64,000 nucleotides of DNA from Eledone cirrhosa (GCA_964016885.1 OZ024753.1:13702001-13766000); one strand, 5' to 3'. Counted from the first letter of the stretch, positions 1 through 13,369 are shown. The notes: generated from the sequence alone by a model not told the origin. Numbers and translations: made by a program.

Positions 1-1298
1 TGAATTTAGTGGTCCATGAGATTTAAAATTATGAATTTAGTGGTCCATGAGATTTAAAATTATGAATTTAGTGGTCCATGAGATTTAAAATTATGAATTT
101 AGTGGTCCATGAGATTTAAAATTATGAATTTAGTGGTCCATGAGATTTAAAATTATGAATTTAGTGGTTCATGGGATTTAAAATTATGAATTTAGTGGTC
201 CTGGGATTTAAAATTATGAATTTAGTGGTCCTGGGATTTAAAATTATGAATTTAGTGGTTCATGGGATTTAAAATTATGAATTTAGTGGTTCATGGGATT
301 TAAAATTATGAATTTAGTGGTTCATGGGATTTAAAATTATGAATTTAGTGGTTCATGGGATTTAAAATTATGAATTTAGTGGTTCATGGGATTTAAAATT
401 ATGAATTTAGTGGTCCTGGGATTTAAAATTATGAATTTAGTGGTCCTGGGATTTAAAATTATGAATTTAGTGGTCCTGGGATTTAAAATTATGAATTTAG
501 TGGTTCATGGGATTTAAAATTATGAATTTAGTGGTTCATGGGATTTAAAATTATGAATTTAGTGGTCCATGAGATTTAAAATTATGAATTTAGTGGTCCA
601 TGAGATTTAAAATTATGAATTTAGTGGTCCATGAGATTTAAAATTATGAATTTAGTGGTCCTGGGATTTAAAATTATGAATTTAGTGGTCCTGGGATTTA
701 AAATTATGAATTTAGTGGTTCATGGGATTTAAAATTATGAATTTAGTGGTCCATGAGATTTAAAATTATGAATTTAGTGGTCCATGAGATTTAAAATTAT
801 GAATTTAGTGGTCCATGAGATTTAAAATTATGAATTTAGTGGTCCTGGGATTTAAAATTATGAATTTAGTGGTCCTGGGATTTAAAATTATGAATTTAGT
901 GGTTCATGGGATTTAAAATTATGAATTTAGTGGTTCATGGGATTTAAAATTATGAATTTAGTGGTCCTGGGATTTAAAATTATGAATTTAGTGGTTCATG
1001 GGATTTAAAATTATGAATTTAGTGGTTCATGGGATTTAAAATTATGAATTTAGTGGTTCATGGGATTTAAAATTATGAATTTAGTGGTTCATGGGATTTA
1101 AAATTATGAATTTAGTGGTTCATGGGATTTAAAATTATGAATTTAGTGGTTCATGGGATTTAAAATTATGAATTTAGTGGTCCTGGGATTTAAAATTATG
1201 AATTTAGTGGTCCTGGGATTTAAAATTATGAATTTAGTGGTCCTGGGATTTAAAATTATGAATTTAGTTGTCCATGAGGTCTGAAAGGTTGGTGACCG
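1..1298. repeat. 30-31 bp minisatellite (~41 units, truncated by window start) ending in a hAT-type TIR
   Basis: Unit TGAATTTAGTGGT(C/T)C(A)TG(A/G)GATTTAAAATTA; array runs into AAAGGTTGGTGACCGCTG (revcomp CAGCGGTCACCAACCTTT). Confidence 0.95.
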
Positions 1299-1516
1299 CT
1301 GATGTAGACTATGAGAATTGTATGTAAGTGAAATTCAGCCTGTCTCTGGCTCATCTCTGACTTGGTGTGTGATGACCTTTCCAACCCTTGCTAACACTAG
1401 AAAATAGGTGTTAAATGATGATAATGGTGATGATGATGTATGAAGGAATGGTGCATGCTGAATAGTTGTGGTCCTGATATTATCATCAAAGCAACATATG
1501 GTCTAGCAGCAGTAAT

Positions 1517-2636
1517 GTGGTGGGTGGTGGCAGTGGTTTTGTGGGGTGATGGGTTGGTGTTGTTGTTGGTGGTGGTGGTGATGATGGGTTGGTGTTGTTG
1601 TTGTTGGTGGTGGTGATGATGGGTTGGTGTTGTTGGTGGTGTTGGTGGTGATGATGATGGGTTGGTGTTGTTGTTGGTGGTGATGATGGGTTGGTGTTGT
1701 TGGTGGTGGTGGTGATGATGGGTTGTTGTTGTTGTTGGTGATGATGGGTTGGTGTTGTTGGTGGTGGTGGTGATGATGGGTTGGTGTTGTTGTTGGTGGT
1801 GATGATGGGTTGGTGTTGTTGGTGGTGGTGGTGGTGGTGGTGATGATGGGTTGTTGTTGTTGTTGGTGATGATGGGTTGGTGTTGTTGGTGGTGGTGGTG
1901 ATGATGGGTTGGTGTTGTTGTTGGTGGTGATGATGGGTTGGTGTTGTTGGTGGTGGTGGTGGTGGTGATGATGGGGTGGTGGTGGTGGTGATGGGGTGGT
2001 GTTGTTGGTGGTGGTGGTGGTGATGGGGTGGTGGTGTTGTTGGTGGTGGTGATGATGATGGGGTGGTGGTGTTGGTGGTGGTGGTGATGATGATGCTGTG
2101 GTGGTGTTGGTGGTGGTGATGATGGGTTGGTGTTGGTGGTGGTGGTGATGATGGGGTGGTGGTGTTGTTGTTGGTGGTGGTGGTGGTGATGATGGGTTGG
2201 TGTTGTTGTTGGTGGTGGTGATGATGGGGTGGTGTTGTTGTTGTTGGTGGTGGTGGTGATGATGGGTTGTTGTTGTTGTTGTTGGTGGTGGTGATGATGG
2301 GTTGGTGTTGTTGGTGGTAATGGGTTGGTGTTGTTGTTGGTGGTGGTGATAGGTTGGTGTTGTTGTTGGTAATGGGTTGGTGTTGTTGGTGGTGATGGGT
2401 TGGTGTTGTTGTTGGTAATGTGTTGTTGTTGTTGTTGTTGGTGGTAGTGGTGATGATGGGTTGGTGTTGTTGGTGGCGATGGGTTGGTGTTGGTGGTGGA
2501 GGTGGTGTGGTGGTGGGTTGGTGTTGATTGTAGAGCTGGTGGTGGAGGAAATGGTGGTGTGTTGATTGTGGTGGTTCAGGAAGTTGTGTTGGTGAGAGGT
2601 TGGTGTTGATTGTGGTGGTGGTGGAGGTGGTGGTGT
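1517..2636. repeat. Compound GGT/GTT/GAT trinucleotide low-complexity tract
   Basis: In-register trinucleotide mosaic; explains spurious ORF 1486..2670. Confidence 0.95.
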
Positions 2637-2864
2637 TTTGGGAGGAGATACTGTATAAGAAATCTACCAAATAATGCCAGAATGTATTGTTATCAGACCA
2701 TATGTTGATTGTCTACATACTTGGAGAGTACATGGTGTGGTTTGTGGCTTCTTCCTTCAGCAGTACCATAGAAAACTAAAACTGGAATAACACACGCAGC
2801 TGTACAGAAATACTGACATTTGAAAATAACCAAAACTTTGAAGGGTTTTAATAATATAAACTAC

Positions 2865-3239
2865 CGTATTTCCTGCCGTCGAAGATGCTACCTTTTTCTT
2901 GAAATAAGTCACAAAAATCTAAAAATCTACCATGTGACCTGGAGGGCGAAGGTTGTTTATTATTATTATTATTTTTTTTTTTTTTGGCAGTATCGGTAGA
3001 GGGTGGGACGCCGTGCTTTCTAGCATAGTTACGTCCCTTTACGGTTTGTGTTCAAATCCTGTCGAGGTTAACTCTGCCTTTCGTCCTTACAGGGTCGATA
3101 AAATAAAGTACCAGTAATGTACTGGGTAATTGATGGCCTTGTGCCAAAAGTAGAAACAATTATTTTTTTTCAAATTATTGGCTGCCAAAATGAGGGTGCA
3201 TCCTCGAGGACGCAGCGTCTTCGGTGCCAGGAGATACAG
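2865..3239. mobile_element. Tc1/mariner(pogo)-type MITE family B with nested SINE
   Basis: TA|CCGTATTTCCTGCCGTCGAAGATGC ... GCGTCTTCGGTGCCAGGAGATACAG TIRs; homologues at 20273 and 51169; Deu-type SINE 2986-3162 inside. Confidence 0.75.
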
Positions 3240-3442
3240 GAACATTCTCAATATTAATTTATAACTTCCTGTACCACATATAACCACATTAGCCGAGGTT
3301 AACTTTGCCTTTCATCCATTTATGGGGTAAATAAAATAAAGTACCAGTAATACACTGGGTTTGATTTAATCAATTCTCCCCCTCTCTCTCCAAATTGCTG
3401 GCCTTGTGCCAAAAGTAGAAACGATTATTATAATGAAATAAA

Positions 3443-4038
3443 GGGCGGTGAATTGGCAGTATCGGTAGAGGGTCGGACGCCATGCTTTGCAGCAAAGAGT
3501 TACGGCCCTTTATGGTCTGAGTTCAAATCCCGCCGAGGTTGACTTTGCCTTTCATCCTTACGGGGTCGATAAAATAAAGTACCAGTAATTGTTTCTACTT
3601 TAGGCACAAGGCCAGCAATTACCCCAGTACATTACTGGTACTTTATTTTATCGACCCCCGTAAGGATGAAAGGCAAAGTTAACCTCGGCGGGATTTGAAC
3701 TCAGACTCTAAAGGGATGTAACTATTCACGCTCAGAGTTGCTGAAGCATGGAACAAACTACCTGCATCAGTTGTTAGCTGTCGAGACACTGCATCCTTTA
3801 AGGCCTCCATGCTTCCTGAGATCCGCCAACACTACAGCTAACACATACACACATGTACTTCCCTGACATTTGTGTATTATTCTATGTACTATACATACAC
3901 CTTTGGCGAGTTGTAGTGCACCTGAGCACTTTACACAATAATTTCATTATTATATTATGCTAGAAAGCATAAAATAAAGTACCAGTAATGTACTGGGATA
4001 ACTGCTGGCCTTGTGCCAAAAGTAGAAACAATTATTAT
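3443..4038 (+). mobile_element. tRNA-derived SINE (Deu/Nin-like core) with nested antisense SINE and CR1 fragment
   Basis: A box TGGCAGTATCGG, B box GAGTTCAAATCC, core CTTTGCCTTTCATCCTTACGGGGTCGATAAAATAAAGTACCAG, tail GTAGAAACAATTAT; insert 3590-3970 flanked by duplicated AAAATAAAGTACCAGTAAT. Confidence 0.85.
3726..3957 (+). mobile_element. CR1-type LINE 3' fragment
   Basis: Matches 34833-35105 (TLRVAEAWNKLPASVV, 3'UTR, ATT tail). Confidence 0.9.
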
Positions 4039-4253
4039 AATGAAATAAAGTTGTGATTTTAATTTCACTATATGTATATATATTTGAATGTAAGTAGTTT
4101 AGGGGTTTAGCGTTGGGTAGTTTGTAGAATTAGTTCTTCCAGAAATGGTGTTTTGGGTGGCTTCATATCAAAAGGGTTAATCTTATTTTGCTGTCTGATA
4201 ATTTAGATGTCAATTCTGAACTCAATTCACCTACCAAGTTTATATAGGTATGG

Positions 4254-4483
4254 ATGTGTATACATACATACACACATATATATATACACACACATATATA
4301 CACACACAAACACAAACTAACACACACACACAAACACATATATACACACACACACACACATATATATATACACACATATATATATACACACACATATATA
4401 TATACACACACATATATATATACACATATATATATACACACACACATATATATATATACACATCCATATATATATACACACAC

Positions 4484-4516
<33 letters not shown>

Positions 4517-4630
4517 TATATACACACACACAGGTATAAATATATATACACACACGTATCTATATATATACACAAACATGTATATATATACACACGCACA
4601 TGTATATATATATACACACACACACATATC
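4254..4630. repeat. (TA)n/(CA)n microsatellite
   Basis: Direct. Confidence 0.95.
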
Positions 4631-4740
4631 CACCACCACCACCATGTCAGTAACAGCCTGACCCATGGAGGTTCTGTCCTGATTGAACTGAGTTTATCAG
4701 ACTTCACTGCAGTTTCCTTCACTATATAGTAATGTTGTTA

Positions 4741-5392
4741 TGTGGTGGTAGTGGTGGTGGTGGTGGTGGTAGTAGTAGTGATACTGATGGTGGTAGTAAT
4801 GGTAGTAGTAGTGGTGGTGGTGGTAGTAGTGATAGTGGTGGTGGTAGTAGTGGTGGTGGTGGTGGTAGTGGTAGTAATGGTAGTGGTGGTAGTAGTAATG
4901 GTAGTGGTGGTGGTGGTGGTAGTAGGAGTGATACTGATGGTGGTAGTAGTAGTAGTGGTGATAGTGGTGGTGGTGGTGGTGGTGGTGGTAGTAATGGTAG
5001 TGGTGGTGGTGGTGGTAGGAGTTATGGTAGTAGTGGTGGTAGTAGTAGTGATAGTGATGGTGGTAGTAATGGTAGTAGTGGTGGTGGTAGTAATGGTAGT
5101 AGTAGTGGAGGTAGTGGTGGTGATAGTGATGGTGGTAGTAATGGTAGTAATAGTAGTTAAGGTAGTAGTAGTGGTGGTAGTGGTGGTGGTAGTCATGTTA
5201 GTGGTGGTGGTAGTTGTTGTGGTCGTAGTAGTAATGGTGGTGGTGAATATGGTAGTAATGGTGGTGGCGGTGGTAGTAGTAATAATGGTAGTAATGGTGG
5301 TGGCAGTGGTAGTAGTAATAATAGTAGTAGCGGTGGTGGTGGTAGTAATAATAGTAGTAGCAGTAGTGGTGGTAGTAGCAGCAACAGTAGTC
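4741..5392. repeat. (GGT/AGT/AAT)n trinucleotide tract
   Basis: Direct. Confidence 0.95.
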
Positions 5393-5627
5393 ATCATCCA
5401 TGGTTCCTCCCTCCCCCTCTTATCAGTCATCAAATGGTTTATCTTATCAGTCTTACTTTTTTCTTCCTCTCCCCTCTTCTCTTTTCCTCCTTCCTTTCTG
5501 TCACCCCTTCTCTCTATTGTCTGTTATCACCAGGTTCCTTTTCTGTCTCCCCACCTCCACCCTTTAGCCCCCCCCCCCCCTACAACACCCTCCACACCTA
5601 AATACAGTATATATATATATATATATA

Positions 5628-6050
5628 TCATCATCATCATCATTGTTTAACAGCTATCTTCCACGCTAGCATGGGTTAGACAGGAATTGTCCCACTTGAG
5701 GCTAGATTGATCAGGTGACCGTGTCTCGCTCATATAAGACTGTATCTGGCAGGTTTTCTATGGCTGGACGCCCTTCCTAACACCAACCACATTTACAGTG
5801 TGGACTGGGAGCCTTTTTACCGTGTCTCCTACACGACCACATTACAGCGGAGGATTGGGTGTTTTTTTTTTTTTTTCTCGTGACACCTACACGACCTCTT
5901 TAGTGTGGACTGCATGTTGTGGTACCAACATAACTTTAGAGAGAAAGGGTGGTGTGGGTGGTGTCGGTGGGAGTATGGGTAGTGGGTTGGGGGTGTATAT
6001 TTGGTTAAGAGGTGCCTACTGACTGTAGGTTTAACTCTGTATGTAAGGGA
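5628..6050 (-). mobile_element. SINE-like retroposon with RTE-type (ATG)n tail
   Basis: Revcomp of 15125-15512; carries AGGAAGGGC.TCCAGCC.TAGAAA and CCCATGCTAGC..(ATG)n tail. Confidence 0.6.
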
Positions 6051-6172
6051 AGGAGGGTCTTCTGTATTACTGCATAGCACCAAAGGTCTCGATCCAGTGA
6101 CATTGTCTTAGAGAGGTGTAAGTGTGCAAGGTCGGATTTTATCATGTCGGATTTTATTTTATATATATGTAT

Positions 6173-6500
6173 GAAGGCACATGGCTTAGTGGTTAGAGCA
6201 TTGGCCTTGCAATCGAAAGGTTGTGAGTTCAATTCTCAGACCGGGTGATGTGTTGTTTCCTTGAGCAAGAGACTTTATTTCACATTGCTCCAGTTTACTT
6301 AGTTGTAGAAATGAGATGATAGGGACTGGGGTCCCTATCATTCCACTGCAAAGTTGTCGTGGAGGTGCCACGGCAAAAAAAGCACCCACCACTCACTGTA
6401 AATGAGGTTGGTGTTAGGAAGGGCATCCAGCTGTAGAAATCAAGCCAGAATCAGTTCCCGTCCCACCCTTGCAAGCAGGGAAAAGTGGACGCATGGTGAT
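6173..6500 (+). mobile_element. tRNA-derived CORE-like SINE with RTE-derived 3' tail
   Basis: A box TGGCTTAGTGG, B box GAGTTCAATTC, core TTTCCTTGAGCAAG..ACTTTATTTCACATTGCTCCAG, tail CCCGTCCCACCCTTGCAAGCAGGGAAAAGTGGACG. Confidence 0.8.
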
Positions 6501-6599
6501 GGTAATGGTGGGGGTGGGGATGGATGGATGGATGGATGGATGGATGGAAAAATAAAAGAAAAAATAAAGATAAAATTTTCGCTCTACATGCCTGAATAC

Positions 6600-6659
6600 A
6601 ATAAATGTAATCTGAGTTTTTCGAATATTAATATTCGAAAAACTCAGATTACATTTATT
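6600..6659. repeat. Perfect 60-bp palindrome
   Basis: AATAAATGTAATCTGAGTTTTTCGAATATT|AATATTCGAAAAACTCAGATTACATTTATT. Confidence 0.95.
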
Positions 6660-6678
6660 ATACAATATATATATATAT

Positions 6679-6880
6679 ATAGGAACGAGTAGGACCCCGA
6701 CGGCCCCGATAGCTGAGCTCAAGCCGTTTCGATGGCTAATTCCAGAATTAGCCGTCGAAACGGCTTGAGCTCAGCCATCGGGGTCCTACTCGTTCCTATT
6801 ACCCACTCTACTACCCTAAGTATTGAGTACTTTGGTGCGTTATGGTCCATCTGGTTTCGTACCACATTTCCTTCGTTATA
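6679..6880. repeat. Near-perfect ~120-bp fold-back palindrome at the end of a dispersed element in (TA)n
   Basis: Arms ATAGGAACGAGTAGGACCCCGA...GAATTC-CA-GAATT...TCGGGGTCCTACTCGTTCCTAT (6679-6799); right arm plus flank homologous to revcomp of 43515-43670. Confidence 0.85.
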
Positions 6881-6991
6881 TATATATATATATTAAGTAT
6901 ATTTATATTTTGATATCCATTTTCTATAGAACTAATTCTTTATTGTGAATTCACCATAAACAAATTGGTAGCTTTTTATCCGGGCCATGTA

Positions 6992-8627
6992 ATAATAATA
7001 ATAATGAAATTATTGTGTACAGTGCTCAGGTGCACTACAACTCATCAAAGGTGCATGTATAGTACATAGAATAATATACAAATGTCAGAGAAGTGAAGAG
7101 TGTAACAGTCATGATATACATGTGTGCGTGTGTTTGGAGGGGGAATATTAGGTGTAGTGTTGGCGAATCCCAGGAAGCATGGAGGTTTTAAAGGATGCAG
7201 TGGCTCGACAGCTAACAACTGATGCAGGTAGCTTGTTCCATGCTTCAGCAACTCTGAGTGTGAAAAAATGTTTCCGAAAGTCATGGGAGCTGTGTTGTTT
7301 TCTGACTTTGTGGGCATGCCCACGTGTGTTAGACACATGGAAATCAAAAAGGTACTCAGGGTTGTTGTTGCAAGATGGGTAATAATTTTGTGGGTGTTTA
7401 CCAAGTCAGTTGCCAGACGTCGGAGCTTCAATGTATCCATGCCCCAAAAAGTAAGGTGTTCAGAGTATGGTAGATGCCTGATGGAGGGTATTCACTTGGT
7501 TGCACGTCTCTGAACAGTTTCCAGGCGGTCAATGTTCTGAGCAAGATAGGGGTTCCAGAGTGGTGATGCAAATTCTAAGTGTGGCCGCACCATAGCCATG
7601 TACAGCCTTAAATAGATAGCTGGAGAGCGGCTGACAAAGGTCTTGCTGAGTGATGCTAAGACACCCTCGGCCTCCTTGACAATTTTAGAGACACGCTTCG
7701 TCCAACGCAAATCGCTGCTGACCGTAATGCCCAGGTCACGTTTACAAGAAGATTTCTTGATATCAGTGTTGTGGAGGGAGTATGTGGATGCTGGGCTTTT
7801 ACTCCCAAAATGCATGGTGGTGCACTTGTCCACAGCTAGCTTGAGTTGCCAGTCCGTGATCCATTGTTGCATTGTATCCAGGTCAGATTGCAGGCAAGAT
7901 CTATAGTGTTCAGGATCTGTCCTTTTTATCTCAAGGTACAGCTTGATGTCATCTGCGTACTTTAGGACTGTGGCATTCTTTAAGTTGGCATCTATGTCAT
8001 GAATATATGACACAAACAAAAGGAGGCTAAGAACAGATCCCTGAGGTACACCAGATGACATCTCATACGGTGAGGAATGCTATGCTAGAACCGTGACTAC
8101 CTCTCTTCGACTGAGAATGAAGGACTTCAACCAGTTAAAAAGATCATCCTTCACACCCATTGCAGAGAGTTTTGCCATAAGTCTTTTGTGTGGCACAGAA
8201 TTGAAGGCCTTCGCAAAGTCAAGGTAAACAACATCCACCCATGAGCCGCCATCAGTGATCCGGGTGATGTCCTCAAGAAACTCTATAAGTTGATCACAGC
8301 AGCTGAGTTGGGGATAAATCCAAATTGCGAGGGCCGGATAAGACTATGAGAGTTCCAGAAGTTCCAAAGTGTTTCTCTAACACAGGATTCCATCAGTTTG
8401 GCAATGCAGCTAATAAGACTGACTGGACGATAGTTGACAGGTGATGTGCGGTCACCCTTTTTGAACAGAGGAATGACACTGGCAGTTTTCCACTGTTCTG
8501 GAGTAGCACTGTTGTTCAGACAGAATTGGAAGAAGTGGTATAGCTGGTGCAGAAGGAGGTACCCACCACGTTTGAGAAGCAGGTACGTAACACCATCGAG
8601 ACTAGGGGAGGCATGGTTGCGTTTATT
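6992..8627 (-). mobile_element. 5'-truncated CR1-type LINE (RT pseudogene)
   Basis: SGVPQGSVL, YADD, VRPHLEFAS, LETVQRRATK motifs; (ATT)n tail at 6992; near-identical to 33470-35105. Confidence 0.95.
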
Positions 8628-8789
8628 AATCTTACAATCTTCCCCATGTAGATATTTGTCTTACAATCTCCCAGATGTAACCGTTTGTCTTGTAATCTCC
8701 TCAATAGATATTAGCAGCTTATATTCAGATCAGTTTATATTCGAGTATCTACGGTATGTCTGCACCTATACTTTGTACGTGTGTATGGA

Positions 8790-8990
8790 GCTGTAACTCC
8801 TGAGGTAGTTGTGGGGGCACCATATTGAGATACAGCATTTCTAGGGCACTGTTTTAAATCTGGTGGAGCCCATCTCCTCTCCAGGTCTGAATATAGCTGA
8901 TTTCTTCCAGAGAAGGATAGTGAGAGAGTGGACATTAGAAAAAGATACACAGAGGAAGAATCACCCCAGTACTTGACTGGTACTTTTTTT
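8790..8990. mobile_element. Unclassified dispersed repeat
   Basis: GGTCTGAATATAGC.GATTTCTTCCAGAGA motif shared with 30520-30960, 52060-52210 and (revcomp) 59620-59800. Confidence 0.55.
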
Positions 8991-9001
8991 TAAATATATA
9001 T

Positions 9002-9041
<40 letters not shown>

Positions 9042-9045
9042 ATGT

Positions 9046-9200
9046 AATAAGCAACATATAATTATTCCATTACCCAAGGTTTCACAAAGTTAGACGATTT
9101 TAACAAACGATGTTTCTGATGAACGAAACAGACGTTTCTGTTAGAACCGTTTAACTTCGTGAAACCTTGGGTAATGGAATAATTATATTATGTTGTTTAT
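9046..9200. repeat. Imperfect ~150-bp fold-back inverted repeat
   Basis: ATATAATTATTCCATTACCCAAGGTTTCAC ... GTGAAACCTTGGGTAATGGAATAATTATAT; centre GTTTC-TGATGAAC-GAAAC. Confidence 0.9.
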
Positions 9201-9285
9201 TATGTAACTAAATAGCTCTGTGCTATACATAGAGCACTCTTCTTTCCTTTAACTTTTCTATGGAAATACTTAACACGCACACAGA

Positions 9286-9727
9286 TTGACGGAGAGAGTG
9301 AGACTGACGGAGAGAGAGTGAGACTGACGGAGAGAGAGTGAGACTGACGGAGAGAGAGTGAGACTGACGGAGTGAGACTGACGGAGAGAGACTGACGGAG
9401 AGAGACTGACGGAGAGAGAGTGAGACTGACGGAGAGAGAGTGAGACTGACGGAGAGAGGGAGACTGACGGAGAGAGAGGGAGACTGACGGAGAGAGAGGG
9501 AGACTGACGGAGAGAGAGGGAGACTGACGGAGAGAGAGGGAGACTGACGGAGAGAGAGGGAGACTGACGGAGAGAGAGGGAGACTGACGGAGAGAGAGGG
9601 AGACTGACGGAGAGAGAGGGAGACTGACGGAGAGAGAGGGAGACTGACGGAGAGAGCGAGACTGACGGAGAGAGAGCGAGAGAGACGGAGAGACTGACGG
9701 AGACGGAGAGACTGACGGAGAGAGAGA
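9286..9727. repeat. 20-bp minisatellite
   Basis: Unit GAGACTGACGGAGAGAGAG(T/G), ~22 copies. Confidence 0.95.
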
Positions 9728-9906
9728 ATGGAATTGAGGAAGAATGAACCCAGTGCTAGACTTGTACATTTTTCTCGTCTTTGAATGGATGAAATGTAAA
9801 GTTGACCTTGGCAGGATTTGAACTCAGAGAGGAGAGAGACGGAACAAATACTGCAAAAAATTCTACTTGATGTTGTAACAATTCTACCAATTCACCACCT
9901 CACACT

Positions 9907-10562
<656 letters not shown>

Positions 10563-10563
10563 A

Positions 10564-11009
10564 CTAGCAGATGTACCCGGCATTGCTCGGGAAATGAATG
10601 ACAGCCTGAATTGTTCAAGGTCGTTTATGGCTTAGCTAGCAATTTCTGATTGCAAGTCAGCTTATGTCAGCTAATTGGCTAGCCAATGAGAGGTCGCCTC
10701 AATAGCACGGGCCAAATCGGCCTAGTATTTGTACACAGATAGATACACACACAAAATCGATTTTTCGGCCCCAATATCGATTTTTTTTTTCAAATTTGTT
10801 TTTGTCCAAAACCTGCTCTGGCATATAAGCAACATGTGTGCCAAATTTGGTTGAAATCAGCCTAGTACTTCAAAAGTTAAAAGGAGCCTAGTATTTGTGC
10901 AAAAAAATCGATTTTTCGGCCCCAATATCGAATTTTTTAAAAAGAGCCTAGTATTTGTACACAGACAGACAGACACACACACAGACCGACTTGCTTTTAT
11001 ATATATAGA
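10564..11009 (-). mobile_element. Non-autonomous Helitron
   Basis: Minus strand starts TCTATATATAT, ends CCCGAGCAATGCCGGG hairpin + CTAG; inserted between A and T with no TSD. Confidence 0.85.
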
Positions 11010-12237
11010 TTTTTAAATATATACTTATTTGTCATATTTCTCATTTTCATTTTTTCCCCTACTTTTTCTCATATAAATATATTATTTTGTTAAATCTATT
11101 TCCTGAAGTTCTTTGTAGTGTTCTATTATTAACACATTCCTCTTTTTTCCCGATGTCTGTTTCTACTCAAATATATCTAGCAAATACCAAACCACGTAGA
11201 CTGAATTCTCATTAACTGCTCCCTAAACTTGTCCATACCAAGGCCTTTATGTATTTTTATCGTTTCACTTTGCAATTTATCTTGTACCTTATTTCCAACA
11301 AACTAAACTAATAGCTTACAAAATTCTTGTGTTGGAAAAATTCCAACAAATGATTAGTTTACAGAGGAAAGAACTCAGGAATTACATTGATGATATTACA
11401 TATCTGATTACTGAATTAATTGGAGAAGACATATCTTTGTTGCTGTGTTCTCTCAGCGAGACCCCTTTTTGTAGGGTTTAGATTTACATGGAAAAGGATG
11501 TATGAAACCTATCATGTTCTGAAAGGCGGTGAGAAGAGTGAACAATATGCTGTATATACTCAAATATAAGCTGATACGAATATTAGCCGACCCCCATCCC
11601 GATTTTATGTCTGAGAAATGGGCATAAATCCAAACCTCAGACGAGGCAGCTAATCAACACATTGTCTACAAGGCATATATAAGCAGACCCACCCCCGCCC
11701 ATCTCAACCATCGATTTCTTGGTCAAATATTCCTCGACTTACATTCAAGTATATATGGTAGATTACAGGTGCAGGCATGGCTGTGTGGTTATGGAGTTCC
11801 CTTCATTTCACTTTGTAAAATGTGAGGGTTCTGGGTCCAGTCTCACTGCCTGACACCTTGGGTAAGTGTCATCTGCTATAGCCTCAGATCAACCAATGTC
11901 AAGCAGAGCTGAGTTGAGCCGAGCTGAAAAGATGGCAAAGGAACGCAACAAGTGGAGGAAGGCAGAGCTGGAAAAGTCATGTCCAGCTCATTGCAAGCAT
12001 GGAAAAAAAATTGGATATAAAATGTTGATGATGATGATGATTGTAAATGTATTGTAAGGGTGTCCGAATGATAGTTTCGTATGATAGAGTAAATACTTAC
12101 ACTGAAAATTCTGAAGAGAGGGCAAAGGAATGGAATGAGTGGAAGAAGGCTGGGATGGACAGAACTTTTCCAGCCCATTGCAAGCAAGGAAAAATAAAAA
12201 AAAAAAGGACGTAAAATGTTGATGTAAATGTATTGTA

Positions 12238-12513
12238 TGAGGGTCGGCTGACCAAGATACTCTTATGGAATGACCAAATGAGGTTTATTTTTCAACATAG
12301 TCCATGGAATGGTTAAAATTAATGCATCGCTCCTTCATAGTCTGACCAAGAAACTCTTGTGGACTGACCAAATGAGGTTTATATTTCAACATAGTTCATG
12401 AAATGAAACAATGCAGTTATTACTAAGAAGAGTTGAAATTAATGCAGACAAGATTTCACAGCTCTAGCATCACTCCTTCATAGTCAGTTTATGAACTTTT
12501 CAGCCGACCCTTG
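12238..12513 (+). mobile_element. Mariner-type MITE family A (internal duplication)
   Basis: TA|TGAGGGTCGGCTGA ... TCAGCCGACCCTTG|TA; other copies 13866, 21190, 22166, 52480, 52997, 60272. Confidence 0.8.
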
Positions 12514-13369
12514 TAAGACTGCCAGAATGAAATGTTTGGTATGATAGAGTAAATAAATACCTACACTGGAATAGCTGGAAGAAATATTTGGTTGTTTGGC
12601 CATTCATTTTCTTCTGACTGGTTTTCATTGTAGTGGTGTAGGGTGGGTGTGTGATCATTCCATTGTAGTTATAATGGGTGGATGCTATTGTGAAATGGTA
12701 ATAAGGTCTCTCAGGCTACTGCTTCTGTTCCTGTTTTTGTTTCTCATTCTGAAATTTAAGTTTAATTCTTTCTTGTATTTTATTTCACATACATATTGTA
12801 ACTATTGCCCTTGGGAATGGGTTTGAATGTCAGAAATACTGAACTTCCTTTCCCTTCAAAACAATATGGTTAATTAACCGTTTCATTACAATATTTCTAA
12901 TTAAAGACACTGCTTATACTGTAGCTATTTTAACTATTTCATTAGAATATTTTAAATGAAAGACACTGCATATACTTCTAGCTAGCTTCTTTAACCCTTT
13001 CATTACAATATTTCTAATGAAAGACATTGCTTATAATGTCTTTAACCCTTTCATTGTCATATTTCTAATGAATGCCATAGCTTATAATTTCTTTAAGCCT
13101 TACATTAAAATATTTTTAATGAATAACATAGCTTATAGCTACCAAGCAAAGGAAGACTGCCATGCTTCCCTTTTAAAAGGAAAGTGGCAGTTCAATTTTC
13201 ACAATAGTCCCAGCTGATAGTCAGGTCTGTCTTACATGTGACAGCAGATGATCAACACTAGCCTACAGGTCTGCAGTGTGCAGACCCTGGTCAATAGCAT
13301 GCTGGATAGTTTAATCATCCTATGTGCATCTTAGACACAAAAGTGCCAACAATGAAACCTGTCTGAGTG

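Noticed and set aside
1486-2670. 394-aa His/Pro/Thr-rich ORF
   Set aside because: Trinucleotide tract open by composition; non-ATG start, no domain
4732-5650. Gly/Ser, poly-Thr and poly-Val ORFs
   Set aside because: Microsatellite translation in several frames
6173-6245. tRNA gene
   Set aside because: A/B boxes run into SINE core and tail; multicopy with no proper acceptor stem
9115-9140. Active hammerhead at palindrome apex
   Set aside because: No stem II or stem I; kept only as a possible remnant
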